Positions 24,501-32,356 of a stretch of DNA of 38,498 nt are shown here, piece by piece. The DNA is taken from IMG/VR virus record IMGVR_UViG_3300020264_000019, positions 1 to 38,498 of that record; one strand, written 5' to 3'. How positions within the stretch are numbered: the first letter of the stretch is position 1; each line of letters starts with the position of its first letter. A program made the translations under genes and the position numbers. Source of the DNA: a virus (Duplodnaviria > Caudoviricetes). The notes under the pieces are model-generated. The model was not told where the DNA came from. It was given only the letters and a program-made list of their open reading frames with translations, and did not search any database.

Positions 24501-26775
24501 CGATAGTGCAATTATGACTATCGAAAGTCCACAACTTCCTGGTGGATCTGTTGCAACTGCTCGTGTTGATGTATCTGGTGGAAAGATTTACAATGCAGAA
24601 GTATCACTATCTGGATTTGGATATACAGAAGCACCTTCTGTAATCATCAAGGGCGTTGGTAATGGCGCTGGAGGGTGTGTTGTTGAGACTTTCATTGAGA
24701 TTGATACACCTGCAGTTAGAATGGGCGTAGCGACCGATTTCGGTGGTCTGACCGAATCTACAACACCTACTCACTTTGCATTTGATTACCCTGTATATCT
24801 GGAGAATGACTCCGAATATGCATTGGTAATTGAAACAGACTCTACTGATTATGAACTCTGGACTTCTAAGTTAGGAGAAACAGATCTTTCTACTAGCACT
24901 GTAATTACAACACAACCATCTCTCGGTTCTCTTTATAAGTCTCAAAATACTGAGAATTGGACAGAAGATCTAGATCAAGATCTCAAGTTTAGCATGTATC
25001 GTGCTGAGTTTGATATTTCTAGACCATCTGAGTTGCTACTACAGAATATGAATCTTGGTTATGAACTAATCGACATGAATCCGTTTGAAACCAATGCAAC
25101 TTCGTCTTCTATCGCAACTTCCACTCTCTTTAGAAACAATAATTCTATCGTAAAAGTAAGTCACAGAGATAATGGTTTTGAAACCAGCGGAAAATCCTAT
25201 GTGTTCTACAGAGGAGCTACTGAGACTGGTGGAGTTACTTCAGAGTCTCTAAACACAAATCTCTATAAGGTATCTAATTCTGGTATCGATACTTACAATA
25301 TTGTTTCTGAAACTAAAGCATCACAATCCATTTCTGGTGGTGGTCATGTATACGCTACGCATAATAGAAAGTTTGAAACTTTATATCCACAGGTCCATTA
25401 CTTGACAGTCTCTGGTACAAAACTAGATACATCTGTCAAGACAACCAATATTGTTCCTGTTGATTCATCAACTACAAACTATACATCATACTCTCAAACA
25501 GAATATGAGAAGACTTTCTTGAATGAATCTCATTTCTTTGATAATCAGAAAGTCATTGCATCAGAGATCAACGAAACTCTCAATAATCTTGATAGATCTC
25601 TAACTTACAAGATGCAACTTTCTTCTACAGTTTCTTACCTATCACCAGTAATTGATCTATCAAGTGCTTCTGTAAAGACTGCAACTAATAGAATTGAAAA
25701 TGCTAATGGTCAAGAAAACAGATATGGCAGGAGAGATCAAGTTATTGAGTTCTTCCCAGTCTATGCTCTAGATTTATCATCTACAGATAACTCTGATGTT
25801 TATACAGATAATCTAAATCTTAGCATCAAAGGAAAAACATCTGCTGCTAACGGAACAATTGCTAAAGTTGATGGAAATAGAATCTTTGTCAAGGTCAAGA
25901 CAAAACAAGGTTTTGTAATTGGTGAAGAAGTAGAACTCTCACAAACCCAAAATATTGCTGGTACAGTTACTGTTGGATCTACTCCTTCACTAACAACTCC
26001 AGTAATCAATAGTTCTACACAATCTGCTGCAGGAGAAGCAATTACTATTACAGCAAGAAATACATCTACTGTAGAAAATGCTCAAGATGACACTCTAAGT
26101 TACAACAACATTATTACTGGTAAGTCTATTGTTTGGAATAGAACTACGAGACAGTTGACACTTAGAACAGACATCAGACCTATTGCTGATGATTACAATT
26201 CAAGAATCATCGACAATGCTTTGTTCAATCGTAATGCAAATCCATCAGAGCAAGTAGCAGATATCTTCAGAGTTGGAGATGTGATTGCTTATCCAAATCA
26301 ACCAACAGACGAAGCACTGTTCATGGAGATTTCTAAAGTAACATATACTAATGGAATTGATTTTGTTGCAGAGGATACTTCTGGTAACAGTTCTTCTGCT
26401 GCTAAGTATGTAACTAAAGAAGTTTACATCACCAATCCTGCCACAGCAATCAATGTTCATTTGCTTGCTAATGTAAAAGACATTGCAAATGTCGAAGTTC
26501 TCTACAGATATAAGAGAGCATCTAGTCAAGAAAACTTTGAAGATTCGGAATGGTTCTACTTCAATGAAAGTGGAGAACCAGATGATCTAGTAATTGCTAG
26601 TGCAGAAAATACTATTTCGAGCGTTGTTGAGAAGCAATCTTCTTATCAGGATCTCAAGTATAGCGCATCTGGTCTTCCCGAATTCTCTTCATTTGCAATC
26701 AAAATTGTAATGAAGGGAGTCGATCCAGCATACGTTCCTAAGATTCAGGACGTTCGTGCTGTTGCTGCATTCTAA
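18574..26775 (+). CDS. large virion structural protein, DUF4815/VrlC-like, 2733 aa
   Basis: PYYEDFD..KNFYKILFRPG..IQGRELTQLQSILQNQ, APGAHRLKI, LARRTFDESGDY, RYTMKDIGKLEKRVERLEYYT.LS.LE, PLAQ.F, EDL.QDLKF and C-terminal FAIKIVM...P.I.D.RAVA. Confidence 0.9.
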   Translation: MPQKTNLNVNPYYEDFDASKNFYKILFRPGYSIQGRELTQLQSILQNQVESFGKYAFKQGELVIPGEVGLNTKLDFVKLSSVSEVAVSEGDDIVYKKYDITQLVGQQLRGLTSGVLATVLSAKLSTESTSDTLFVSYLNSGNSNAEPTFRQGETLEVVDGVNTPLLVVGTDGSVLPTSINVTNPDTGEVTALESPAMGYGSAVKVEEGIYFINGYFVRNDEQLLVIDEYYNKPSAKVGFTIKEEVVTPEEDASLYDNAIGSSNYTAPGAHRLKISLEIKEFALDAITDKNFIQLLTVSRGIVQRKVSPADYSILEQTLARRTFDESGDYVVQDFSIDIREYAQRDNNRGLYAADEFDLYNGLTAGEASRKMIASIGPGKAYIKGYEIVNKETKYLEINKARESLSSDNVTLKTKGLPTFSITNVFGSVPLNKEGADLTAYPTVFLYSTFNDGYAGLSGTELDSNYRQTKSRRGQFFESSNDVTKDSNYGIKTITVQIIDATIPITSIVPANLENLFPTLYYVKVRGGTNTVGSLEVLSYSKVFKPLINTGTDEASRFLEVTVAGPKNDLDKLLIEYDETSLDGKIRKLFITENDALGDEQAGLASTAFGRVVDYSDTITPVIGTAKPSNFYLQERGVGFNSDSDIVLSKGTLEQGGDAYTAKFALSYLDPQFFTKIKLQNVPPDGTYGIGTYIFGLTSGAYGVVEGGPNGLYSTNKTLFVKTLFGKFVSGETLKDEAGTLVKIARDNTISHFVVQSRGSGYPTGTKIIIDGVTYENDQFDVKIYSNAVLNIDSEIYNIAVGDTDLLEYTKPPVVAFDTGVSQPALAAGVVPVLHRNTVTTYTPQNVKSFGCGYGSDGTNYFTADAVVDDRDLATVQSVTDFTFFGTKGTKFLESTSFSADASSIVQQGDLVQFSDASNNVIRAIVQYATTQKGSSKTRIYIDETLYDDVTSTSVVLLRPRVQNPNSGTLLFPTGSKQIQKISSGNDDTKIKYYFRRDFVTSGSSGGGTITFAAQLPFGTQRFTSFTEENYIITVLNKNSADLVENGDIVYIDPDAVTVSSSTDTASGLTSGSITFELPTSYFNTNVAGVANYVAPVLKLTATLEVSNAKPRLKTAIKNKRIVIDAAGDKVVPLRGTDYDSDVIEALSFSDAYKLRYVYEGTSAQPPEIDSAGNLISGTDVTNRYTFDNGQRDTIYDVSRIVIKPGFEPAVGQLVVAFDYFEHSQGDFVTIDSYLHEAGVLEEEIPTFNSSVLGNVELKNVIDFRPKVNSSTIVAGFQDKASLEVITSNFTGAGSVVAATPAPDANLEYTFSFSQIQYLDRIDGIFLNKNGEFVVKEGNSSLNPSKPDPVKDAVALFYAYIPAYTTTSKDVRITPVEHKRYTMKDIGKLEKRVERLEYYTTLSILEQQALNMQVKDEIGMDRFKSGFFVDNFETHGIGNLVSADYKCSIDSRQSVLRPQSKEDSILLREVNTRQDQRAVAGYQKTGDIVTLPYSSLKLLGNDFASKTINPNPFVVFQYVGEGSVSPQIDQWYDTSLEPLVVDTNTSLYDIFIAKDDTKESLSSLYGSFIVNWVGSSPAFTTINSLGETNTGNAKASVKAASVGSSSNISPQNNDLGKGVQTKSVGESVVSTSLQFFARSRLIKFVVGRLKPLTKVSVFLEGRNVARWVNPDLRFTGIAGNSPSAFNGDLVTDENGNASGLIILPAGYAPRENATWTGDVDTVEYDENSEELRFTTGELTFRFTSSDTNADKTTVDTYAEIKYFATGILPQNPSSIVSTKPSIFKSNEGVQFVESNTDNPLRPNPLAQIFKVENFDGGVFVTGTDLYFKSKSSNIPVRVYMTNVDFDKPAKNIIPGTEKTLTPETFLKCYTSGNVLVTRGEFVVGTSSAASGPIARIIDKNGVELTPSSTGVYSLTNEQVYTLVLGNHNGRSFLQNEDLEIPSVTLANATGGTDLKLSIAKDSGKLSDIKIVDPGLNYDSAIMTIESPQLPGGSVATARVDVSGGKIYNAEVSLSGFGYTEAPSVIIKGVGNGAGGCVVETFIEIDTPAVRMGVATDFGGLTESTTPTHFAFDYPVYLENDSEYALVIETDSTDYELWTSKLGETDLSTSTVITTQPSLGSLYKSQNTENWTEDLDQDLKFSMYRAEFDISRPSELLLQNMNLGYELIDMNPFETNATSSSIATSTLFRNNNSIVKVSHRDNGFETSGKSYVFYRGATETGGVTSESLNTNLYKVSNSGIDTYNIVSETKASQSISGGGHVYATHNRKFETLYPQVHYLTVSGTKLDTSVKTTNIVPVDSSTTNYTSYSQTEYEKTFLNESHFFDNQKVIASEINETLNNLDRSLTYKMQLSSTVSYLSPVIDLSSASVKTATNRIENANGQENRYGRRDQVIEFFPVYALDLSSTDNSDVYTDNLNLSIKGKTSAANGTIAKVDGNRIFVKVKTKQGFVIGEEVELSQTQNIAGTVTVGSTPSLTTPVINSSTQSAAGEAITITARNTSTVENAQDDTLSYNNIITGKSIVWNRTTRQLTLRTDIRPIADDYNSRIIDNALFNRNANPSEQVADIFRVGDVIAYPNQPTDEALFMEISKVTYTNGIDFVAEDTSGNSSSAAKYVTKEVYITNPATAINVHLLANVKDIANVEVLYRYKRASSQENFEDSEWFYFNESGEPDDLVIASAENTISSVVEKQSSYQDLKYSASGLPEFSSFAIKIVMKGVDPAYVPKIQDVRAVAAF

Positions 26776-26784
26776 TTTCCGCGC

Positions 26785-27000
26785 ATGGGTTATATCAAAG
26801 TCGAAGGGCATGACGGTCTCGTAAGAGACCAAAACACTGGTGCCATCTTGAATCACGACAGTTCTGCTATTGAAGCTAGACGTAAACTAAAGCACTTGAA
26901 TTCCGCGTTGGAAGACATAAATATGTTGAAGGATGAAGTCTCTGAAATCAAATCCCTACTTAGAGAGTTAATAAGAAATGCCAGCAATTCAAGTCGCTAG
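26785..27000 (+). CDS. small conserved protein with C-terminal coiled coil, 71 aa
   Basis: KVEGH.GLVRD..TGAILN motif; LEDINMLKDEVSEIKSLLRELI heptads. Confidence 0.85.
   Translation: MGYIKVEGHDGLVRDQNTGAILNHDSSAIEARRKLKHLNSALEDINMLKDEVSEIKSLLRELIRNASNSSR
26916..26923 (+). promoter_or_regulatory. late promoter CATAAATA inside the 71 aa gene
   Basis: Consensus box about 55 nt upstream of ATG 26978. Confidence 0.55.
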
Positions 27001-30000
27001 AACAGATACCTTTGAGATTCAAAGGAATAAAATTAACGATATCAGTAATCAGTTGTTCTCGATTACTGCTGGTGGTAGTGATCTTGCTACTGGAAATCTA
27101 AAAATTGGTGATGGTACAAAATTATTACCATCACTAGCATTTGAGAATGAACCAGGACTGGGTATTTTCAGAGCAAACAATGGTGTTATTGGATATGTTT
27201 CTGACGATAAGAAACTATTCAACATCGGACAATCAACTATTACCTCTTTTAGAGATCTAGCACTACAGAGAGATATTGTTGCTTCTCTTGTACTTGAGAA
27301 TGCTGGTACAAATTATGATGCTGGATTCTATTCAAATGTTCCACTAAATGGTGGTACTGGTGAAGGTCTTACTACTGATATAAACGTAACAGCTTTTACA
27401 GGAACAATCACGGAAGATGGTGAGGGTTACTTAGCAGGCAATTATAGTAACATTCTTCTTATCGGTGGTAATGGTACAGGAGCTGAAGTATCTTTCGATG
27501 TAGAAGATATTGCTGGAGATATTACAAATACTGGTAGCGCATATCTACCAGGAAACTATCAAGGTGTTCCTATAGTAACTGTTAGTGGATCTGGTTCTAA
27601 TGCAACTGCAGATGTCATTGTAACAGGTTCTGTTGTATACAGTGGTAGTATTACCAATTCTGGTGCTGGGTATACTGAAAATACATATACCAACATTCCA
27701 GTATACAACGTACCAGTTACAACATACACTATTACTTCTGTATCAAATCCTGGTACACCACCTCCAAATAATGTATATGCTGTAAACGGAAATGTACAGC
27801 AAGCTCTAACTATGGTTAGAGGAAACACGTATCGCTTTGATGTTTCCGATGCATCAATGCTCGGTCATCCACTAGTTTTCCAAGAGACTAATGGTAGCAT
27901 TTTAGATCCATCCTTGTATTCTATTCAGAGTGGTGGTGTTGCAGGAGATCCTGGTGCATTTGTGGACTTTATTATTTCACCCGATGCTCCAACTGGAAAC
28001 ATCAAATATAATTGTTCTGCTCATGACGGAATGGGTGCTGCAATTACTATTTCTAGTGGAGCGGTAGGAAATCATGGTTTTGGTGCTTTTGCAGATGTCG
28101 AAGTAAATGCTTCTGGAAATGTAATATCTTTAGATTTTACCACACAAGGAACTGGATACAAACCAAATGACACTCTAACACTTGCTCCAGCTGATGTTGG
28201 ATCTGGTGCTGGATTTGAGTATACTCTAGGAACATTTACATATTCTGGTGTTGTAGATTCTGTTCAGTTTGTAACTCAAGGATCTGGATATGAAACAGGA
28301 GATGTTCTAACTATTGACACAGCAGATTTGGGTAATGTTGGTGGTTCTGGATTCCAATTTATAATCACAAACAATCCATCTAGTGTAACAAATCTAACTT
28401 TTATTCAGAAAGGAACTGGATATCAAGTCAATGATGTTCTAAATTTACCATCTAGTATTACAGGAATTACTGGAACACTAAATGGTGAGGTTACTGGTGT
28501 ATCTACGACTCTCAGTACAGCATCGACAAGTATCACAGTTGCAGATTCTACTGGAATCACTAACGGCATGACAGTTTTTGCTGAGGCAGGTAGTACAGGA
28601 TTACTAGCACCAGCGACTACAGTTTCTAATGTTTCAGGAACTACAATTACACTTAGCGCAGCTCCAGATGGTGATGGAGCAGCAACCCTATCATTTAGAA
28701 ATCTAGATCCATTTGATGAAATCGTAGTATCTTCTACGACTAACATTACTGACGGTATGGTTGTAACTGTTTCTTCTGGAACGGGACAACTTCCAGCTGG
28801 TACAACAGTGTCTTCAGTTGACACTACCACGAATACTGTTACTTTATCAAACGACTCATCTTTCCCTGGTGCAGTAACTCTAACATTTTCTCCTGAGTTT
28901 GGAGATGCATCAGTACAGTTCTCATATAGAGTTGATAATTTGGGAGAGATTGAAACCGTTTCAATCAATAATCCTGGTAATGGTTATGAAGTATTAGATT
29001 CTCTAACTGTACAAAACAGCTTACTGGTACAACCAGATCTTTTCACTGTTACTGCAGGAACATATCAAAGACTGAACATGTCTGGTGTTTCTTCTGGATC
29101 TATCAGTGTTGGTGATAATGTGTTGATGGATACTGACACTGGAGATGGCAGTCGTGTCGCACTTGTCAAAACAAATGGTGGTCAAATTGATTACTTATTG
29201 GTAGAATCAACTACTCTTACTGCTGGAAATATTGTTGTTTCTGGATCACCAACAACATACACAGTAAGCAGTGTTGCTAATACATACCGTTTTGCCATTG
29301 ACGGATCTCTAGAACCATCAATAACATTATATGTTGGAAGCACATATAGATTTGATCTTACTGACAGTTCCCTTAGTAGTCATCTTTTTGCTCTCAGTAG
29401 ATTCCCTGATGGAAAGTATTCTCCATCTCAGGTTTTGAATGTTAGTGGTAATACTACTCAAGGATCTGATATTGTTACTGTAACCAACACATCTGGAATT
29501 GGTGTTGGAATGGAAGTTACTGTAACACAAGGTTTGGGTCTTCCTGTTAGTAATTTGTTTGTTGAAGAAATTATCGATGGCACTTCCCTAAGAGTATCAC
29601 AAGATGCTACCGTTACCAATGCAATCGTAGCTGACTTTAGAGGTGCAGAGTATACAGATTCTGTTGTTAGAACAGATGATTACTTAGAAATTCTTGTTAG
29701 AGAAACCACCCCTAATTTATTTTACTATTGTAATGTAAGTACACTTGGACACGAAAATGAAGGCGGATTTGATAATGAAGAAGTTCAACTAACAGTTGAT
29801 CCAAACAACCCTAAAGTTTTTGGTAGTGCTGCATCTTTTGTTGTTGGAACTATTTCAACTTCAAATACAGTATTTGCTGATATCGAATCTGGAAAAGTAA
29901 CAATTGCAGAACTAGAGTCTCCAGTTGTATCTGCCTCAAGAGTAACAGCTTCTACTTCCGTTACTTCAGATGATATAATTGCTACAAACAGAGTAGAGAC

Positions 30001-31810
30001 TGATACAATTTACCAGGAAACTGGCGCAATTACAGTAAACTCTTCGTCTCTAAAAACACTTGGCAATCTTAATGTCAATGATCTTGCATCTGTAAATGCA
30101 ACAACTGGTAATCTTGTTACTAGTGGTAATATCAAAACTACAACATATTTCAACTCAAACGATAAACTAAGAATTACTGACAATAATATTTCTATTGTTG
30201 ATAGTAATTCTGATCTATTGCTAACGCCATTTTCTGGTAAGCAAACCAAGATTGATTCAACATCATCACTAATTATTCCAAAAGGAACAACTCTCGAAAG
30301 ACCAGGAGCTGGTGTTGCACTAGATGGTTCTATTAGATTCAACACATCAACCGACCAATATGAGGGATATAGAACTTCCACATCATCTTGGGCATCTCTT
30401 GGTGGTGTAAGAGACCTAGACGGAAATACTTACATCAAAGCAGAAGATACTGTTGGAGCTAATGATAATACTTTATGGTTTGTCAATGATGATGTCGTCA
30501 GTGTCAAATTTACCAAGACCCAATTATCATTTGAGTCTAATAAGAGAATTAGGTCTTCTAATACTAGTGCTCCAGCATTTATAGACTTTTTATCAAATAC
30601 TCTGGTTAGTGTAGGAGATTATTTGAAGTGGAAGAACAATCTTTACGAAGTAACAGGTGCTGGTGTTACAGGAACTCAAGGAAATGAACCAACTTTTACT
30701 TCTGGTTCTCAAGCAAATGGAACTGCAACCCTAGAATTCTGGGGTCTTGCTGTTGCTCCACTAACCTTTGAGGATATTGAAGAAATTAGAGTTGGACCTA
30801 CTTCTCCATGTCCACTAGTTATCAATGGAGATCTTAGATTTGCCAATAATGAGATTACTACAAACATTAGTGATCTTGTTATCAGACCTAATGCAGGCAA
30901 AAAAGTTGTCATTGATTGTGGTTCGACTCTTGCTATTCCTGCTGGACCAGATACTGATCGTGGTGTACCAATTCAAGGTTCTATTAGATATAGTCAAACA
31001 ACATCACAGTTTGAAGGTTATAATGGCGCAACATGGGGATCTCTTGGTGGAGTAAAAGATGTTGATCAGAATACCTACATTATTCCCGAACTTTCAGCGG
31101 GATCAAATGAAAATATTTTATATTTCTATAATGATGGAAATAATTCTGCTCAACTAACAACAACAGCTCTTGACTTCTACAACGTAGACACTTTGAGGTC
31201 TATGACTAGTGATGAATTTGAAATTACAGCATCGATGCTTACTATCGATAATGCTGCTACTACACTAGATAATACTGATGTCACAAAGACATTCCTATAT
31301 TCAACGAAGCAATTCTTTGATATTGGTTTGTCTGCTGGTATCAGAATTGATCCTATCTTTAGATTGGACAATACTGGTGATGTATATTTCAACACTGGGT
31401 TTGGAACTGGCACATATAATGGCGTCAAAGTATTTGATAATGAATTCAAAGAGTTTGAATTGCTACAAGCCAGAATCGGCACTGATAAATTCGCACTACA
31501 AAAAGGAACTGTTGATACTAACAACAGTATCATTTACGATACTACAACTGAAGAAGCAGCAAAAACTACTATTGTTGCTCACAACGTTTCCTCGGGTGAT
31601 AAAGAATTTATTGAGTTCGGTCTTCTTGATGATGGTACAGATGTATTCTATACAGAATACGGCAATATCACTACTGGTGCAAACCTAATTGATGTTACGT
31701 TTGAGGTAACCGATGCAAATAAAGTAAGAGCGAATGTTGCTCTTACTGCAGACGTTACAAATACTCAAACGGTGAACGTCACATTCATGTCCAACATCTC
31801 TAAGAAATAA
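26978..31810 (+). CDS. fibre-like virion structural protein, 1610 aa
   Basis: N-terminal DTFEIQRNKIN anchor; GxGY repeats; VxxTxGIxxGMxV beta modules; duplicated IP.G....R...GSIR[FY]...EGY...W.SLGGV.D.D.NTYI unit. Confidence 0.85.
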   Translation: MPAIQVARTDTFEIQRNKINDISNQLFSITAGGSDLATGNLKIGDGTKLLPSLAFENEPGLGIFRANNGVIGYVSDDKKLFNIGQSTITSFRDLALQRDIVASLVLENAGTNYDAGFYSNVPLNGGTGEGLTTDINVTAFTGTITEDGEGYLAGNYSNILLIGGNGTGAEVSFDVEDIAGDITNTGSAYLPGNYQGVPIVTVSGSGSNATADVIVTGSVVYSGSITNSGAGYTENTYTNIPVYNVPVTTYTITSVSNPGTPPPNNVYAVNGNVQQALTMVRGNTYRFDVSDASMLGHPLVFQETNGSILDPSLYSIQSGGVAGDPGAFVDFIISPDAPTGNIKYNCSAHDGMGAAITISSGAVGNHGFGAFADVEVNASGNVISLDFTTQGTGYKPNDTLTLAPADVGSGAGFEYTLGTFTYSGVVDSVQFVTQGSGYETGDVLTIDTADLGNVGGSGFQFIITNNPSSVTNLTFIQKGTGYQVNDVLNLPSSITGITGTLNGEVTGVSTTLSTASTSITVADSTGITNGMTVFAEAGSTGLLAPATTVSNVSGTTITLSAAPDGDGAATLSFRNLDPFDEIVVSSTTNITDGMVVTVSSGTGQLPAGTTVSSVDTTTNTVTLSNDSSFPGAVTLTFSPEFGDASVQFSYRVDNLGEIETVSINNPGNGYEVLDSLTVQNSLLVQPDLFTVTAGTYQRLNMSGVSSGSISVGDNVLMDTDTGDGSRVALVKTNGGQIDYLLVESTTLTAGNIVVSGSPTTYTVSSVANTYRFAIDGSLEPSITLYVGSTYRFDLTDSSLSSHLFALSRFPDGKYSPSQVLNVSGNTTQGSDIVTVTNTSGIGVGMEVTVTQGLGLPVSNLFVEEIIDGTSLRVSQDATVTNAIVADFRGAEYTDSVVRTDDYLEILVRETTPNLFYYCNVSTLGHENEGGFDNEEVQLTVDPNNPKVFGSAASFVVGTISTSNTVFADIESGKVTIAELESPVVSASRVTASTSVTSDDIIATNRVETDTIYQETGAITVNSSSLKTLGNLNVNDLASVNATTGNLVTSGNIKTTTYFNSNDKLRITDNNISIVDSNSDLLLTPFSGKQTKIDSTSSLIIPKGTTLERPGAGVALDGSIRFNTSTDQYEGYRTSTSSWASLGGVRDLDGNTYIKAEDTVGANDNTLWFVNDDVVSVKFTKTQLSFESNKRIRSSNTSAPAFIDFLSNTLVSVGDYLKWKNNLYEVTGAGVTGTQGNEPTFTSGSQANGTATLEFWGLAVAPLTFEDIEEIRVGPTSPCPLVINGDLRFANNEITTNISDLVIRPNAGKKVVIDCGSTLAIPAGPDTDRGVPIQGSIRYSQTTSQFEGYNGATWGSLGGVKDVDQNTYIIPELSAGSNENILYFYNDGNNSAQLTTTALDFYNVDTLRSMTSDEFEITASMLTIDNAATTLDNTDVTKTFLYSTKQFFDIGLSAGIRIDPIFRLDNTGDVYFNTGFGTGTYNGVKVFDNEFKEFELLQARIGTDKFALQKGTVDTNNSIIYDTTTEEAAKTTIVAHNVSSGDKEFIEFGLLDDGTDVFYTEYGNITTGANLIDVTFEVTDANKVRANVALTADVTNTQTVNVTFMSNISKK
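30170..31180 (+). repeat. internal protein-level duplication (about 30170-30530 and 30835-31180)
   Basis: SLIIPKGTTLERP..GSIRFNTSTDQYEGY..WASLGGVRDLDGNTYI..GANDNTLWF versus TLAIPAGPDTDRG..GSIRYSQTTSQFEGY..WGSLGGVKDVDQNTYI..GSNENILYF. Confidence 0.85.
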
Positions 31811-31812
31811 AA

Positions 31813-32313
31813 ATGGCAAGTACAATCGAAAAATTTGATTCTGCGGGAGGATTTTCCGTAGATAAAACTGTCGTAGTAGACGAAGATAGAAATGCTAAAG
31901 ACATTAATTCTTTAGAAATTAAAAATTCTTTTTATACCGATTCCAAAACTTCTCATTATATCCTAAGAGGATTGAATACTGCGGTTCTTCAACTAAACAA
32001 TGTTGGCGGTCAAATTCCTTTGGCGGCAAATACTCTAAACTTTATTACTGCTCACGTTATTGGAACAAATCCACAAGGAGAAGTTTACTCCGCAAAGATT
32101 GAATCTGCTGTTATCTACGATGCTAATGGAATTGGCGGTGTTCTTTCTAGTATGAGAACAGTTATCAAAGACGATATTCCTTCAGCTCAAACATGGGATA
32201 TTGTTCCTCTAGCAGGCACCAATCTTTTCAGTTATTCTACCACAAGAGCTGGCACTACAAACAACATCAAATGGGTAGCATCAACTCAGGTTGTCACTAT
32301 TGAATGGGCATGA
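31813..32313 (+). CDS. beta-rich structural/hypothetical protein, 166 aa
   Basis: Starts 2 nt after the upstream stop, inside the structural operon. Confidence 0.85.
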   Translation: MASTIEKFDSAGGFSVDKTVVVDEDRNAKDINSLEIKNSFYTDSKTSHYILRGLNTAVLQLNNVGGQIPLAANTLNFITAHVIGTNPQGEVYSAKIESAVIYDANGIGGVLSSMRTVIKDDIPSAQTWDIVPLAGTNLFSYSTTRAGTTNNIKWVASTQVVTIEWA

Positions 32314-32314
32314 T

Positions 32315-32322
32315 GCTAAATA
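32315..32322 (+). promoter_or_regulatory. late promoter GCTAAATA
   Basis: Variant late box in the short intergenic gap, 35 nt before ATG 32357. Confidence 0.7.
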
Positions 32323-32356
32323 TATCATAGGAAAAGTATAGGCGGCAGCAAGCACC

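Noticed and set aside
18574-26775. Virulence function implied by the VrlC label
   Set aside because: The label is historical; position in the late baseplate/fibre module indicates a virion structural protein.
26777-26907. TTCCGCG occurring twice near the 71 aa gene
   Set aside because: Only 7 nt with no further shared context; chance cannot be excluded.
31840-31862. Hairpin containing GGGAGG early in the 166 aa gene
   Set aside because: No suitably spaced start codon follows, there is no U tract, and the stem depends on G-U pairs.
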